Positions 41,254 through 52,552 of a stretch of DNA of 64,000 nucleotides are shown here, one piece after another; position 1 is the stretch's first letter, and every line of letters begins with the position of its first letter. This DNA is from Paraphysomonas bandaiensis (Eukaryota > Protista > Chrysophyceae): contig CBFFRP010000363.1 of assembly GCA_965644295.1 (NCBI GenBank), positions 124,001-188,000 on the forward strand. Reading direction: 5' to 3'. The translations under genes and the position numbers were made by a program. The notes beneath the pieces were generated by a model. That model saw nothing but the letters and a program-made list of their open reading frames with translations, was not told the origin of the DNA and did not search any database.

Positions 41254-41845
41254 TACATACATACATACATACATACATACATACAACATACATACATACA
41301 TACATACATACATACATACATACATACATACATACATACATACATACATACATACATACATACATACATACATACATACATACATACATACATACATACA
41401 TACATACATACATACATACATACATACATACATACATACATACATACATACATACATACATACATACATACATACATACATACATACATACATACATACA
41501 TACATACATGCATACATACATACATACATACATACATACATACATACATACATACATACATACATACATACATACATACATACATACATACATACATACA
41601 TACATACATACATACATACATACATACATACATACATACATACATACATACATACATACATACATACATACATACATACATACATACATACATACATACA
41701 TGCATACATACATACATACATACATACATACATACATACATACATACATACATACATACATACATACATACATACATACATACATACATACATACATACA
41801 TACATACATACATACATACATACATACATACATACATACATACAT
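41254..41845. repeat. (TACA)n/(GTAT)n tetranucleotide microsatellite, about 148 units
   Basis: Directly visible. Only three interruptions: a 1-nt deletion near 41285, and A>G at 41510 and 41702. Confidence 0.99.
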
Positions 41846-42080
41846 GTTCAAATGGTCTGTAAAGGGAGTGTATCGGGTACACGTTTCAAGATTCGATTCA
41901 TCTATCTCTGATGGGTTCTTTCTATTGATTAGTTTGATGGTGAGTTTATAATTATCATCTGCTACCTTCTATTCTATGGTCGGAGTAATCGAAAGCGATG
42001 ACTAGTTCTGGTTTGAGGGCAGTTGTGTATCGCCACTTCTTGATTGCTAGCGATATCAAATTCTTGATAGGATCACATTT

Positions 42081-42674
42081 ATGGTCCAAACCGGGCATGT
42101 AGTTGTTGCTGTACCACTATGTGCTAGTATTTTTTTACTTCTTAGCGTTTTGGGTGCTCTGAAATCACGGTCAGTAATCCACGACATTCCCTGGGCTACA
42201 ACTGAAGTGGATGATTTCGGTAATACTGTGGAGGTGTACTCTGGTCTTTCTATTATGGTCATTGATTCCGTTATTGTAAAGTATAGTGATTGCATAAACT
42301 TTTATGACTTTTGTGCAACGTGTCATGAGGTTGGCTACGATATTCGTATTTTGCTATCCCTATCGATTTGTTTCTGTCTGTTGTGTACAGCATTTACGTA
42401 CAAGCGTTTAACACAAAATGTCGCCTTTATGCAAGTTGGCTCATGTGTTTGCTCTGGTGCTGTAGGTGTGTGTGTGGGTATTGCTCTTGTTAGACACAGT
42501 CAATGCTACGACGAAGCCAGTAGAGAAATGGACTCTTTGAAACATGGGGTTGGTTATATATTTGCAGTTATTGGTGCCGTTTGTATGGGCTTCATGTTAC
42601 TTACATGCATGGTTATTCCTGTTGATGCATCGCCAAGATACACTTCTGCCAGACAGGTGTATCCTTTACGTTGA
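42081..42674 (+). CDS. Claudin/PMP22/amastin-like four-TM membrane protein
   Basis: Intronless 197 aa with four hydrophobic helices and a first loop carrying W...GL...C...C (IPWA..VYSGL..DC...FCATC), plus GVGY before TM4. Confidence 0.7.
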   Translation: MVQTGHVVVAVPLCASIFLLLSVLGALKSRSVIHDIPWATTEVDDFGNTVEVYSGLSIMVIDSVIVKYSDCINFYDFCATCHEVGYDIRILLSLSICFCLLCTAFTYKRLTQNVAFMQVGSCVCSGAVGVCVGIALVRHSQCYDEASREMDSLKHGVGYIFAVIGAVCMGFMLLTCMVIPVDASPRYTSARQVYPLR

Positions 42675-42983
42675 TGCTTTGGCCTCATAAACAGCAATTA
42701 AAATCGGTGTGATAGTAGAACACTTGCTCAAATTTAACTACTGTAACTGAATATAGCTTAAATTTCTATTTATAACTTAATTATTTTCTGCAACTGGTCA
42801 AGAGAATTATATTTTGCAGTACTATTGTGATAACCAGATTTCATCACCCCATTATATATGCTTAGGCTTAAAAATTAAAAATCATGCTATAGTAGATAGT
42901 AGATAAAAAGAGTTGGTGAATGACAATGAATGAATGATATCTCGTATAAATTTATAATTTCTGCTTAAAGTGATTATCTAAGC

Positions 42984-44763
42984 TGTTGAGTTTTGCTGTT
43001 TAAGCAATTAAAAGCTATAATTCTAAGATATTGGAATTATGACGGTCACTGGAGAATACAGTAGTGGTTAACTGTATTATGAGAAGTAATGAGAACTGAA
43101 TATATATTGACCATACAAGAAGATAGTGACGATATAAGATCCTACTAGAAATGAGTGGTAGTAGAGATACCATGATATATTGTTTATTATATTTATTATA
43201 ATCTTTTCTTATCTTAACTTGATTAATGAGTAAATACACGTCCAGTTAACTTAGTAAATCATCCAATTGTGTCATAACTTGACATGGTAGCGGATGGTAG
43301 TTAGAAACTACTGCTGAAGTGTGACCATTGGAATGTAACTGGACAGAGAAGCAGGAGTTTATACGACTTGCAGCGCTATGTCTAGTAGAGAGTCAAGCGT
43401 GTGTGTCCCTAGCAGGAGTAACGCTACTAACCCCGTCTGCCTCAGGCAAAAGGGTACGCACCCGAAGAGTTGTGACTGATGTGTCCACTCTGGGTGAGAT
43501 CAACTTCCTATGTGGGGAAGATGCCGTTCACCTGTAGAGACCAGTGAGAAGAGTGTAGGAGGCACATGTGTATGTACTGCATCGACGGCGTCTGGGGAGA
43601 CCAGTAAGAGTTGTGTTGGTACTCTGTGTATTATATCTAGTGAGATTAGTGTGAATCGTGTCTGTGAGACTGTACCTGCTGAGTCTAGGGAGACATGTGT
43701 GGTAACCGTACGGGTGTTGACTAGTGTGTCCACCCTGGGTGAGGTAAACCTTCTTTATGATGAGGAGATTGTCAACCAGTGTGATGACAGTGACTGTATC
43801 TAATAACTAACATAATATGTCTAATTGTAGAGAGATCAAGGCATAATATATGCGAAGTTCGTTAATTGCGTTGATTCGTTTCAGTGTGTAAGTATCAGGC
43901 TATGTCTGCTGGCATGCAGGAACTGGTGTGGCTTCGGGGGGTGGTGTTGGTCGAACTGGGACTTCGATTGTACGAACCCACTCCATTCTTCCTGACAGCC
44001 AGGGTGCTCGCGACTTAGCGTTGAAGTTGAATGATGTGGTGTGATTGATCTCAGTGACGAGGATAAGAAATCATACGTGCTGTTATCAGAGACAGAAGAT
44101 CTTTCAGATGTGTTGTCTATGGTGAGACTTGCTGAAACGTCGGAGTCATACGTCCACCGGTTTGTCCTATGAGGATTTTGGTGGTTGCGTATCCGTCAGT
44201 TATGTCTCGTGATATGAAGAATCTATCTACAGCTTTGAATAGAGAGGGAGTGCTGAGTTTTTGCCGTTGGATCAAATAAAAGCTGTAATTCTACCCGTCA
44301 GATATGTTTCGTGATGTAAAGATTCAATCTACAGCGTATCCGTCAGTTATGTCTTGCGATGTGAAGATTCAATGTACAGCTCATGAGGTCTTGGTGCTTG
44401 CGTATCCGTCAGTTGTGTCTCGTGCTTTAAAATTCAATGTACAGCTTTGAATTGAGAGGGAGTGTTGAGTTTTGCTGTTTAAGCAATTAAAAGCTATAAT
44501 TCTAAAATATTGGAATTATGACGGTCACTGGAGAATACAGTAGTGGTTAACTGTATTATGAGAAGTAATGAGAACTGAATATATATTGACCATACAAGAA
44601 GATAGTGACGATATAAGATCCTACTAGAAATGAGTGGTAGTAGAGATACCATGATATATTGTTTATTATATTTATTATAATCTTCTCTTATCTTAACTTG
44701 ATTAATGAGTAAATACACGTCCAGTTAACTTAGTAAATCATCCAATTGTGTCATAACTTGACA
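42984..44763 (+). mobile_element. Young non-autonomous LTR retrotransposon (TRIM/LARD-like), 1780 bp
   Basis: 301-bp LTRs TG...CA (42984-43284 and 44463-44763) with only two substitutions seen; 5-bp TSD TAAGC; PBS TGGTAGCGGATGG directly after the 5' LTR; PPT GAGAGGGAG before the 3' LTR; no intact gag/pol. Confidence 0.95.
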
Positions 44764-46069
44764 TAAGCTTTCTTACTAAGTTCAACTACAAATTATGTTG
44801 TTATCTAACCTTACCAGGAAAGTACAAAGTAATAACAGACCTATAATAAAGAATAATGATAAAATATTTATGATATGCAAGTCTGGAAATTGTACTGGAT
44901 AATTCCGGGGTTTATATCCATTTTATAAAGCGTGTTGCTGAATTATCTAGTGATTTTATATTCAGTTTGACTTCATTCTGTATATACATATGTGTTTGTG
45001 CATAAGTTGCATAAATTGCAATGCATTACTGAATGTATCTACCCATATACATTGATGATGAATTATCCTCATCAACTATAATTTGACTAGTGTGTTGATA
45101 TGGAAAATGAGTTAAGTCCGTCCATGTAGTCAAAATACTATTTATTAGCAAGTAGTAGTACATACGTTTATTCATATTAACTGTTACTATAGTGGAGGAA
45201 TCTAAGCAGATTCGTATGATAGAGCTCAGGCCTATCTCATTGGTAGGCTCGAGACAATCATGCTAGAGGAATACAGTGGCTAAAGAACAAGAGTCAGAGT
45301 GATAGCAAAGATTACAACCTATTATCACGTTGTTAGGTAGCCCACCATATATAATAATGCGAGACTTAAATTTTGCAATATATGTATATTTTAGAATTCT
45401 ACATTTTATGCTTGGGTTTTGAAATCTTGCATATAAACCTTATCAGTTAGCAATACCATATGATTTTAATTTGTACAACTTCAAGCTTGGTTTTTGTCAG
45501 GTTTACTGTTGATTGCGGTAAAAAGAATTTTATAGTATGAAAACCGAATGTCATGATATTTTAGTGACAATTGGGTGTTGGTTCTGCTTGTATGATAATA
45601 CTGTATTGATACCGACTGGGGTTGCCATGATTAAATATTAATTTGAGCATATTACAGTGGTTGATTCACCTCAGTAAACCTAGTGTCCCATATCGGATAT
45701 CTTACCCAGTAACTGTTTGCATATTTTATTGGGACAACCGGGACATCAAAATCTAAAACTGAAAAATCGCACCCTTTGGATCTTGGGCCATTAATTCACC
45801 GTTTCAGTCCGTCACTTCCTCTGCTGCCCTCTGTGTGGGTTTCGTTACATGTACAGAGTGTGTGTGTATGTATGTATGTATCATACTGCTGTGTACAATA
45901 ACTGTATATGGTAACTGTACGTGTATGTTACATGAGGAGAATAACTTCCACAGATCTCATATCTGTATTTGGAATTATTTGACCGACAGCTGCTATCTTA
46001 ACTTCCAGTGAAGCTGGGTAGAGTATACAGATCTTCAGTGTGTTCATGATATGGTGATAGAAGAATCGA

Positions 46070-48832
46070 ATGCCTAATGCAGTAGTTCCAGTGAGCAACG
46101 AATCCGTAAGTATACGATGATTAGTAGGGAGCTGTTTGAATGATATATTTGTGTCATATCTCACAGATGCAGGCATTACAAGTCGAACACCCCAATCAGT
46201 ATGAGCGGCCGAAGCGCCACCGCAAATCTCTTAAGAAGAGAGTGTTTGAAGTCATGGATTCTGTGCCGATGCAGTTATTTCTTGGGTTGCTTTTGATATT
46301 GTCACTGTTCCTTCCCGATATATGGATATTATGTAATGCGTCGTCAGAATCAGACGAAGCTCTGTACTCCATATTACTTGTCGTATTCATAATTTTCATA
46401 TTCGAAACTGTAATCCTGACTGCTGTTCAAGATGATTACTTCTTGAGCTTCTTCTTCTGGATGGATTTTATCGGGACGCTATCAATTATTCTTGACATTG
46501 GATGGATAGCAGACTCCTTCATGCCTGACAACACTGATGCTACTCAGAAAGGGTCACTTCTCAGGGCCGCAAGGGCAGCAAAGCTTGGGGCTCGTTACGG
46601 TCGTTTGATGAGGCTATTGAAGCTGATGCGTTTTTTCAAGTTTCTTCCATGCTTTAAGCAAGAAGAAGATGTAGAACCAGAACCTACTATGTCTGCTGTG
46701 CGAAAAGTTTCCTCTGAATTGTCATCAGTCCTCTCCCGTCGTGTGGCAGCCCTTGTGATGCTTATCGTCATAGTAGTTCCTTTCCTAGACTATAATATTG
46801 TTGACAAAAGTGTGGATGCTTGGCTGACTAACTTTAGGAGAGTGGCCTATTCCAACACGACAACCACTGATGACTTAGACAGTATGGCGAGGAAGTTTCG
46901 TCGTTTTTACCATACCGAAGCTCTCACTCCATTGCAGCTTACTGTAGAAACTGCACACTTGCCTCTATTCAACGAGCATTATTCTCAGGGGTACAAGCTT
47001 CGAAATGACAATAAGATTCTGTACGAAATGAGTTTCCTCGACAACGACGAAAAGTACTGGGTACGCGTTAAGATGAATAACACCGTCATCCGCCAGTGGG
47101 ATGCCTTTTTTGGGATAATGCTTATTATTCTAGTTATTGTAGTGCTTGTTGGGTTCTCTGCCTCGTTTCAGAATTCCGTGGATGTGCTAGTAGTGGTACC
47201 GCTGGAGAAAATGATGAATACCTTGCGACGTAGCGCAACTGCTATGTTAAAAAGCATGCAGGCTATGGACAAGGAGGATGAAGAAAACATGATGGGTGAA
47301 AATAGTGATTTGGACCAGGAGCTAGAGACTGCTGTACTCGAAAAGATGGTAGAGAAATGTAAGACAATTTGATGTCATTTTATGATTTCTAATGTTTGTG
47401 CAGTGGCCAGAATTGTGAAACACGTCACCAATGACAATGACCTGGTGGTGGATGAGAATGTAGATAGTGCCGTGGCTAGCTGGCTTACTCAGAACTACGC
47501 TGGTAATGCAACGAAAAAGCGTGACGTGATTGTAAAGGACCATCCGGACTTGTCAGACGAAGAACAACAGAACAAACTCAGGGATCTTCATAAAAGTGTA
47601 GACCCCAAAGTTGTCAATAGCTGGAACTTTGATGTACTGAAGTACGACTACGAACAACTTTTTGAATATAACCGATACTTGTTCGATGTTTTCAACGTGT
47701 TCGCTCAGTTTGACATTCCGGTTGCTGTGATGGACGCTTTCATGCACGAGTTGTCGGTCCGGTACATTAAGGACAACACGTACCACAACTTTCATCATGC
47801 ATGTGATGTGACACAAACCACCTACCGCCTGATCATGGTTTCCAAGGTGCATATCGCGCTTAGCGATTTGGAAGCATTTTCTATGCTTGTAGCAGCAATG
47901 GGCCATGATGTGGGGCACCCTGGTGTCAATAACGCCTTCTTGGTGAAGACCCGCCACGACCTGGCTATGATACATAATGACAAGTCCCCGCTCGAGAATA
48001 TGCACTGCTCCTTGTTGTATGAGCTCTTCCGTAAGCCGGAATTTAACATAATGGCGGGGCTACCAGATTGTCAATGGCGGGAGTCTAGAAAGATCATCTT
48101 ATCGCTAATCCTCGGGACGGATATGGCGCATCATTTTGATCAAGTGTCAAAAACCCAGGTAAATTTTGAGTGAATTCTTAATCTTATGTTTGTTTAATTG
48201 TCTGGTCATGCAGCTGTTTCTTGAAGTCAACGGTGAGGATGTGAAAAAGTTCTGCTACGGGCATACTGATACAATTGAGTGTTTCGGCGAAGAAAAGAAT
48301 AGAATTTTTATTATGGAGCTGTTTTTACACTGCGCTGACATTTCAAACCCGTACAAGCCATTTGACATATGCGCACAGTGGGCAGACTTGGTATCACAGG
48401 AGTTTTTTTCTCAGGGAGATAAGGAAAGAGCCGGTGGGATGGATGTTTCGCCAATGATGGACAGGGATACATCTAACCTGTTTAATATGCAAATGGGTTT
48501 TATTGAGTTTGTAGTGTCGCCCCTGATTAACAGTAAGTGCCACTTCTCTTGCTGCTTGCTGACGGTCCTGATAATTATTCGTAGCTGTGGTGACACTTTT
48601 CCCACCGTTGAAGGAGACAGGAGAGATGATGCTCTCGAACTACATTCTGTGGGGTGAGAAGCGCAAGGACGAAATTCGCGGAACTGCCGACATGGCTGCT
48701 GAAAAGAAGGACGAAGAAATCAAGAAGGTGGACGACCGTATCAGTAAATTTAAGGACAAAATGGCTTTTCTTAGCAACATTGTTGAGGCAAGAAGAAAGC
48801 ACTCCTCCGGAAGTCTGGCCTCTAACAAGTAG
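46070..48832 (+). CDS. Class I 3',5'-cyclic nucleotide phosphodiesterase fused to an N-terminal voltage-sensor-like 6TM module
   Basis: S1-S4 with FIIFIFE (S2), FFWMDFI (S3) and RAARAAKLGARYGRLMRLLKLMR (S4); two further TMs; a HAMP-like helical linker; PDE motifs YHNFHHACDV, HDVGHPGVNNAFL, NDKSPLENMH, ILGTDMAHH, HCADISNP, EFFSQGD and QMGFIEFVV. All four introns keep the frame. Confidence 0.92.
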
Positions 48833-49592
48833 ATAGTAGATATAGGGGAGATACTAAGGATTCACAGAATCTTTGTAGCAACAGCTATCGTCTTTCTGTC
48901 ATTGGATGTTTGGTTATCGCATATGTAAAGACTGACTTGATTTGTCAGCGGTCTAACCCATGCTTGTGACAGTGTTTTTATTTATCATGCCAAAATTCAG
49001 TAAAACCTATCATGAGAAAAAGAGTAATTTAATGACTGGTGTTGTGTGTATTTTTCAAATTATCTCGTGAGGTTGATGCACAGTAATTACCACTGTAATA
49101 TCTAATGCCTTCAATGAGTGCGTGGTGCTCCTTAGAAAACATTACCCGTAATACAACTCATGGCTACCATTATCCGAAACTGACATTTGGACGATAGAAA
49201 TTGGGAAATATAATTCAACCTAGTCAATTCGGTGTGACTAGAGGTAATTCAAGCAATTTGACTAAGTTGAATAATAGATCCCATAGAAAGTAATCAACAG
49301 ACCATCATTACTCATTACACTATACTATAATCATTTACCAGATAATATTCTTAAATTTTATGTTTCTAGTTATATTTAACCACGGGCAATAAGGAGGCTA
49401 TATCGTCCCGCGCTATACTCCTTATCCCTAGGTTAAATTGTAGCTTATCCTCATGACGTTGAAAAGTTAATATTACATTGTATAGCTATTTGTAGCATGC
49501 TTGCTGTATAAAGAAATAGATGTTCCCTGATTAACATTAAGAACACAAAATGAAACTCATATAGTTTCAAATCAATGATATGTATACTGTAA

Positions 49593-49957
49593 GTGTGATG
49601 ATGAGTGTGAACAGTTGAAGGTGAAAGAGAGGCTTCTTATTCCCTTAATTAGCATCATCATCACATTTATATACAGCAGGCTTTACCTTTTCAAGTGCAT
49701 CTGATCGAATGATGCGTGTATGATATGAGGCACACAATATCATGAGAAGCACGATATGGCTCAAACCCTGAAAGAACTGGGTGCCACTGCTCCTAACCAC
49801 CTATATAGCATCAGATATGGTCTCCTGTAATGTTCTTGAAGTTGTTTCGAAGTCCTGGATATGAAGACAGATCACTTGCACTGACAGCAGTCAAAGGATG
49901 GAATATAACTTGAAGTGTCTAATCGTTTAACTCATGATTGTGGTTTCTCTATAATTG
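49593..49957. repeat. Dispersed degenerate repeat, copy B
   Basis: Reverse-complement similarity to 22075-22460. Confidence 0.65.
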
Positions 49958-50328
49958 TGTGTACTATAATGAAATCACATATATACGACTGTCATTATCA
50001 TACTTAGGATAGAAGTGAGCTTCTGTTGAACCCAATATTGAAGTTGAATGTCTATATTTGCCCGGTGCTGATATGAGCGCCCTGTTGAGACAAAATCAGG
50101 TCAAAAAAAAGCTTTTTTTGAGACAAAATGGGGATAATACAATATGCTGTCCATGACTACTGTATCATTAATCATTAAAGTAATAGCTACAATACAAAAA
50201 TCATTAGCAGTGAAGAGTCGGATCTAATGTAGCAAAACAAATTCACTAACTAGTGCATTACTCTGATAGCCTACTATTTAGCGCTACGAAAGCCATTGGT
50301 AAGTGACTATACGATTATAGGGAATACG

Positions 50329-50445
50329 CAATGAGGAGTCAACTTTCAAAAACAGATTATATTCCGTCATTCGTCTGATGTATGTCCGAATTATGTCAGT
50401 TCCAGTAATCTATTTTAAAAGCCACGATTGCGCAACAATACTTCT
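50329..50445. repeat. Dispersed degenerate repeat, copy C
   Basis: Direct similarity to 22090-22230, and therefore inverted relative to nearby copy B. Confidence 0.65.
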
Positions 50446-50870
50446 GCGCCCTTCTGTGGTAGGGACAAATAAGGGAATATATTGTCATTTTGATTTTTCA
50501 TTCATTTTCTTAACGCTTTTCAGGGAACTCTTTTTTTACATCAAGCAAGCTATCAACAGCCACATATTAAGCTTGCAACAACATCCTGCTGCGCAAAGTA
50601 ACATTGAGCTTCAACATATTAATTTCTCATTACTAATAATTCAATATGTTCTAAAAAATACAAAAGCATAAATTTCGAAAACAAATGAAAAAAATTCCTT
50701 ATGTACAACAGTTGGATATAGTATGGGTAATAATACTGACACTACCTGTTGTCTCGACAACAACTGTTAGTGTCATAAACATAACCCATACTGCTATGAT
50801 CTAAGTTGACTATAATACACAGCTTTTCAGCGACAGGATCGACGTGCATTGTTGCAGCTTTCACCACAAA

Positions 50871-51899
50871 TTACAGCTTCATACATCCGGGAACCAGTGA
50901 TTTGAGTGAGAATTTACTTGGTGAAATGTGTGATGCATCAGAGCGCGGGAAGTGTGGCGATACTACACCTGTACTAGGGTCAGCGTATTGAGAAGAAGAT
51001 GAGGAGGATGTCCGATCTGCCGATCTGCTCCTACTACCACTCCCATTGCCATTGCCGCTAGAAGAAGAATTGTACATCACAGCAGTACTACAAGGGGGTG
51101 ACGACTCGTCTGAGAGCGACTCCCTAACGATATTATTAACCCCTGTTGCTCCGCCATCCACATGTAGCTCATCGAGTCCGTTGAAGACATCCCCAGAGTT
51201 AATATCTATAACAGTGACACCACTGTTCACGCTCTTACCACACTCAGCGGCCGCAGCACAGGACCGAGCTGCGACCGAAGTCTGCGACGGACGAGAATTT
51301 GGCGGGTGGGGCGACACAGGTATCGATTCTCGTATAATATTGTCAAGGTCCTTTCCATCCATATCTAAATCATCTAGTCCCATAAATGCTGGTTCAGCAT
51401 CAAGGGAGATGAGCGTGGTACCACTGGCAACTGATTTCGATTCATCACCAGCAAATCTTTGACATGTGTGAGGAACATCTTTGGAAAGAGACTCTCTGAC
51501 GATTGTATTAACACCATCCACTCCTCCGTCCACATTCAGGTCATCGAGACCATTAAATGGTTGCTTCGCGTTGATATCAATGACAGACACAGGAGTCTCA
51601 CATGACGCTGCAGATATCCTGCTCTTTTTAGAGACATGGGAGTGATCGGTGCTCTTCATTGACGAGGAACCGTCTGCTCCTTCCTCTTGACTGAGAGACT
51701 GTTTGAGGATATCATGCAGTCCCGCCTCGCCCTTCAGATCCAGCTCATCGATATCTGTGAATGCCGGATGTGGAGCTGCATGAATAACTGATTTCTCTCC
51801 ATCTGTAGTGAGGGAGGATGTCTCCGATATGGTATTAGGGGACAGGTTATGTTTTCTTCGATGGATAGCCACTGCTAAGGGCACCTTAGAGCGAGACAT
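50871..51899 (-). CDS. Hypothetical Ser-rich protein with four copies of a ~35-aa repeat
   Basis: 342-aa single coding exon from ATG 51899, preceded by a splice acceptor. Repeats read like VIDINAKQPFNGLDDLNVDGGVDGVNTIVRESLS. Confidence 0.75.
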   Translation of the reverse strand: MSRSKVPLAVAIHRRKHNLSPNTISETSSLTTDGEKSVIHAAPHPAFTDIDELDLKGEAGLHDILKQSLSQEEGADGSSSMKSTDHSHVSKKSRISAASCETPVSVIDINAKQPFNGLDDLNVDGGVDGVNTIVRESLSKDVPHTCQRFAGDESKSVASGTTLISLDAEPAFMGLDDLDMDGKDLDNIIRESIPVSPHPPNSRPSQTSVAARSCAAAAECGKSVNSGVTVIDINSGDVFNGLDELHVDGGATGVNNIVRESLSDESSPPCSTAVMYNSSSSGNGNGSGSRSRSADRTSSSSSSQYADPSTGVVSPHFPRSDASHISPSKFSLKSLVPGCMKL

Positions 51900-52552
51900 A
51901 CCTGTGATGTAAGCGATAGATACGATGATACGTATTCTATAAACCAGATTAAATTTATTTATGTTTGCATTCCAGTATGAGCTCTGAATATGAGTGTTAT
52001 GTGCTGCTATGGTAAGTGATGCTCTTATAACGCATATGTTCAAACCCTGTCCATGTAGTTCTTGACGTGTATGTATGTCCAGGACTTTCATATGAGACTG
52101 ACGTTAAACAAAAGATTCGACTGTTGACTTCATTCTGTTTGATGACGTCACGACTAGAGAAAAAGAAAGTGAATATCTCGACAATACCAGCAGCAGTTAG
52201 CGGGACTACAACAGTATACTGCACAAGGACTACACTCTGTATACCTACATCTGTAACGAATGGGATCTACTATGTACTTTATGTATTCTGCTGTAGTCAC
52301 AAATGTGTGTGTATATGTATGTACTTCGATGCATATGATATTTTAGTTGGAATTCCAAGTCGGTAGATACAAATACACGCAAAGGCCTGTCAGCTGTCAG
52401 TGAATTATAAGAATAGCAGAGCAGAGCAGAGCACTTCGACTTCACTGTCTACATGTCTGTGTATGAAGTGGTAGTGTACATATAGAGGGTTACATACACA
52501 CTGAATCATCTTACATACACAGATATGAACACATGGACGTATTAATCTCATC

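Noticed and set aside
40982-41951. Long ORFs of MYVC/HTYI repeats
   Set aside because: Artefacts of the stop-free (TACA)n microsatellite.
44168-44460. Short interspersed repeats as a CRISPR array
   Set aside because: Eukaryotic context, degenerate units, no unique regular spacers and no cas genes; explained as LTR-element internal repeats.
43015-44718. Two near-identical 74-aa minus-strand ORFs
   Set aside because: They lie inside the two LTRs and are chance ORFs in AT-rich repeat DNA.
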